Source: Microcoleus sp. (GTDB taxonomy: Bacteria; Cyanobacteriota; Cyanobacteriia; Cyanobacteriales; Microcoleaceae). Taken from it: a DNA stretch of 64,000 bases. The stretch is from NCBI GenBank assembly GCA_042408215.1, contig JAYFMW010000030.1, positions 160,001 to 224,000 on the forward strand. The letters run 5' to 3'. The notes under the pieces were generated by a model. The model worked only from the letters and a program-made list of their open reading frames with translations, did not search any database and was not told where the DNA came from. The number at the start of each line of letters is the position of its first letter. Position 1 is the stretch's first letter. This document shows positions 61,529 through 64,000 of this stretch, piece after piece. The position numbers and the translations under genes were made by a program.

Positions 61529-62986
61529 CTATCCCTCTGCGGTTACAAATTCCCAATCTGCTAGCAGTGCTAGATTCAAACAATTTAAGACACTGGATTT
61601 GATTGGACGTTTTTCATCCCAAAATACGATCGCCGAATAAAACTTAATTGCAGCCGGTGAATTCAAAAGCTCAAAAGTTTGACGTGCAACTCCCTCGTCG
61701 TCAAAGCCGAGAAAGTAAACAGTATCATCGAAAATCACAGGTTTATCAGCTATTTCACCGATTAACCTAAACTCCAATTTTTTATAAAGCCCGCCGATCG
61801 CAATTTTCCAAGGTTTGAAGGTATAATCCCCAACTCCGAAAATAGCAAATCGAGGACTATTTTGATAAATTTTGCTTTTTCTATTATCTAGATATTGCCC
61901 ACTTTTCTCCAGATATTTCCAGGTTTTGGGAGCTATATTTTTGATATTTTCGGTTGATTCCCCGATGAATTTTTGAGTAATTAGCATATAGCTATCGGTA
62001 GCATTAATTCGATTTTGAGCAACACCAGATCCTTTGAGCAGCGGAAACAGATAAGTTTCCTCAATATCAGCAACTTCTCCCAATTTATTTACAAAATCAT
62101 TGTCAATTTTCCGAAACTCCATCACATTCGCACAGTCATGTTTTACACCCGATCGCCATTTTGTCCCTGAATCCACCGCATATAGATCGCTCACTTGACT
62201 AAAAGCATCTATATCCTTAACCAGCAGATTGTTGTGATATCCAATTCTGTGACAGTCTGAACTTTCTAAACTGCTAAATACATCACAGAAGTAGTTTTGC
62301 GAATCAGCATCAAATTTGCAGAATAACAGACAAGCATCAACATTTGCATCAAAATACTTTTTAGCATCTATTGTGTAAGTCGCACAGTCAGCAATATTGA
62401 GTTTTTGAGAGTGAAGGTAATTCAATAACTTTCTAGCAGTGGAATTCTTGCAAAGCATCGCCAGATCAGCATCGCGCTTTTGTAGCCATTGCACTACCTG
62501 AATCAGCATCCATTCTGAGATATCAAAATTACTCTTACCTGTGAGAGCATCTAAGCCGATGTGATTTTGAAAGTTGTTTTTTTTAGGTAAATTTTCGCTG
62601 CGAATAGTTCCTTGTTGTGAGTTTGTCACCCAAGGAAAATTGCCTAGTACAAGCAGTCTATCTGTGTATTGATTAACTAACGATTCCCAATCAAATTGAA
62701 AGAAATCTCCCTGGAAAATATCGCATCTCTCATCCTGAAATAATTGCTTATTTAGTCTGATTTCTGTTAAGTAATTTTGATTTATTTCAACCCCGATAAT
62801 CTTGGCTGCGGATGGAAAAGAATGTGCAGCAGCTTGAATAAAATTACCGACACCGCACGTTGGCTCAATTATGGTGCCAGGATTGACATTAAGTTCTACT
62901 AATTTGCGGCACACCATCTCGGCTAATGCCGGCGGTGTCTGAAAATCGCCGTATTCTAGTTTTGTTTTGCGATCGTGGGAACTCAT
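61529..62986 (-). CDS. Gamma-class N6-adenine DNA methyltransferase-like protein, orphan
   Basis: GDFQTP, EPTCGVGNF (motif I), GVEIN, GDFF and GNFPW (motif IV variant). Confidence 0.75.
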   Translation of the reverse strand: MSSHDRKTKLEYGDFQTPPALAEMVCRKLVELNVNPGTIIEPTCGVGNFIQAAAHSFPSAAKIIGVEINQNYLTEIRLNKQLFQDERCDIFQGDFFQFDWESLVNQYTDRLLVLGNFPWVTNSQQGTIRSENLPKKNNFQNHIGLDALTGKSNFDISEWMLIQVVQWLQKRDADLAMLCKNSTARKLLNYLHSQKLNIADCATYTIDAKKYFDANVDACLLFCKFDADSQNYFCDVFSSLESSDCHRIGYHNNLLVKDIDAFSQVSDLYAVDSGTKWRSGVKHDCANVMEFRKIDNDFVNKLGEVADIEETYLFPLLKGSGVAQNRINATDSYMLITQKFIGESTENIKNIAPKTWKYLEKSGQYLDNRKSKIYQNSPRFAIFGVGDYTFKPWKIAIGGLYKKLEFRLIGEIADKPVIFDDTVYFLGFDDEGVARQTFELLNSPAAIKFYSAIVFWDEKRPIKSSVLNCLNLALLADWEFVTAEG

Positions 62987-63020
62987 CAAGTTTGCATATA
63001 ACTTTATTACTCCACCAGAT

Positions 63021-63545
63021 TTACCCCTGCAAATTCACCTGCTCAACCACATCCAAAGGTAGTTCTAGCACCTCTGCAATTTGTTCATCGCTCAATCCAA
63101 ACTGCCGTAATTTACCAACAGCTTCAATCCTAGCTTTATTCTTAACGCGCTGAAAGTCAGAAGTTTGATGCTGACTTTCGTTTTGGGTAGAAATGGGTTG
63201 ATCTGAACTAACGTTTATGCAGCCAATTATATTACTATTAATACTTCTAATACTTTTACTTCTATCGCCAAAAGAAATAGTCAGATTACCTTGACGTTCT
63301 AGGACTGATTTAAGATTTTTTTTATCCACTGGTTCATCAAACACATCAGATAACATTTGCAAAAGCTCATAACCGACATCCTTAGCGTGACCCGCTGAAC
63401 AACCGCAATTTTCTGCAATATCAGGATACTTTTGGCGCTTCAACGTTCCCTCGATAATTTCGCGCTGCAAGTCATTGAGATGTTGGCCTGTCTTGGCGTA
63501 GACAACTTTGTCCACAAATTGCAATACCTCGTGAACTTGCATCAT
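63021..63545 (-). CDS. HTH protein homologous to the N-terminal domain of the 30257-31634 regulator
   Basis: VLQFVDKVVYAKTGQHLNDLQ...KY.DIA...KDVGYELLQMLS aligns by eye with LLQFVDRLVVERTGKHLDDVQ...TY.DIA...GDVGAELWQLLS. Confidence 0.8.
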   Translation of the reverse strand: MMQVHEVLQFVDKVVYAKTGQHLNDLQREIIEGTLKRQKYPDIAENCGCSAGHAKDVGYELLQMLSDVFDEPVDKKNLKSVLERQGNLTISFGDRSKSIRSINSNIIGCINVSSDQPISTQNESQHQTSDFQRVKNKARIEAVGKLRQFGLSDEQIAEVLELPLDVVEQVNLQG

Positions 63546-63711
63546 TCGGGATGTGGGAGGACATTAGTTATTATAGCCGACTTAATCCGTCTTTTTCATT
63601 CTTTTTCCGCCTTTTACAAAAATTTACTAAAATCCGTCTTTTTCCGCTTTTCAATTGGTACAGCATGGGAAAAAATAAAATTTGAATAAATTTAATCTAG
63701 AATGCTGTAAT

Positions 63712-64000
63712 ATGTTTGCTGAAAAGCATAAATTTGAGTATGAGCATTTGCTTAAAAGGCTCGGTTCTATTGGGGCTGTGGGTGGATGGATCAGAGAATA
63801 TGTCGATCTGCACGGTTTTATAATTTTACAGGGCTTAGAATACGAGTTTTATGATTTGAGTTCTGCAAAGCTCTTTTTTACAAAGCTTTCCTCTCATATT
63901 GGTACTTTAGTGCCTCATAATTTTGGTCAATCTGATTTTGTATGGGAAATCAAGCCTAAATCATCAAATTCTATAATTAAGACTTTTTCTGAACATAACA
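63712..64000 (+). CDS. Probable TauD/TfdA-family 2OG-dependent dioxygenase (3' truncated by window edge; not in ORF track)
   Basis: Open from ATG 63712 to the end: ...HGFIILQGL...IGTLVPHN...VWEIKP...TFSEHN. Confidence 0.55.
   Translation, partial: MFAEKHKFEYEHLLKRLGSIGAVGGWIREYVDLHGFIILQGLEYEFYDLSSAKLFFTKLSSHIGTLVPHNFGQSDFVWEIKPKSSNSIIKTFSEHN

Noticed and set aside
1..64000. tRNA, rRNA or riboswitch (e.g. TPP near thiE/thiS)
   Set aside because: No recognisable consensus seen by eye; a covariance-model search would be needed to exclude them.

Overview
Chromosomal window from a filamentous cyanobacterium, Microcoleus/Oscillatoriales-like (inferred from dense HIP1 GCGATCGC sites, STRR heptamers, ccmP, ThiD2-type thiE and the cyanobacterial mrp operon). 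It opens with the 3' part of a type III-B CRISPR RAMP gene (Cmr6/Cmr1-like) and a 20-repeat CRISPR array. Housekeeping genes follow (folC, rsmI, cysQ, dprA, ccmP, pyrE, thiS/thiE, an M16 peptidase pair, an efflux pair, mrpCDEFGB), with three orphan DNA methyltransferases, three large surface/adhesin-like proteins, two tnpB-bearing IS200/IS605 elements, a 182-bp non-autonomous IS605 derivative and many REP/MITE-like palindromes. The most notable feature is an AT-rich island (~30.25-37.1 kb) encoding a triceptide-type RiPP cluster: a divergent HTH-NB-ARC regulator, an FxsA-like precursor whose His-x-x core (HTRHTSHSSH) is hidden by single-base insertions, an FxsB-family radical SAM/SPASM enzyme, a HExxH-TPR protein, a Cys-rich DUF483-like protein and a protein with isoprenoid-synthase-like Asp motifs (possible peptide prenyltransferase). 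Several genes carry +1 indels that may be sequencing errors. All family assignments are from motif recognition by eye, not database searches.
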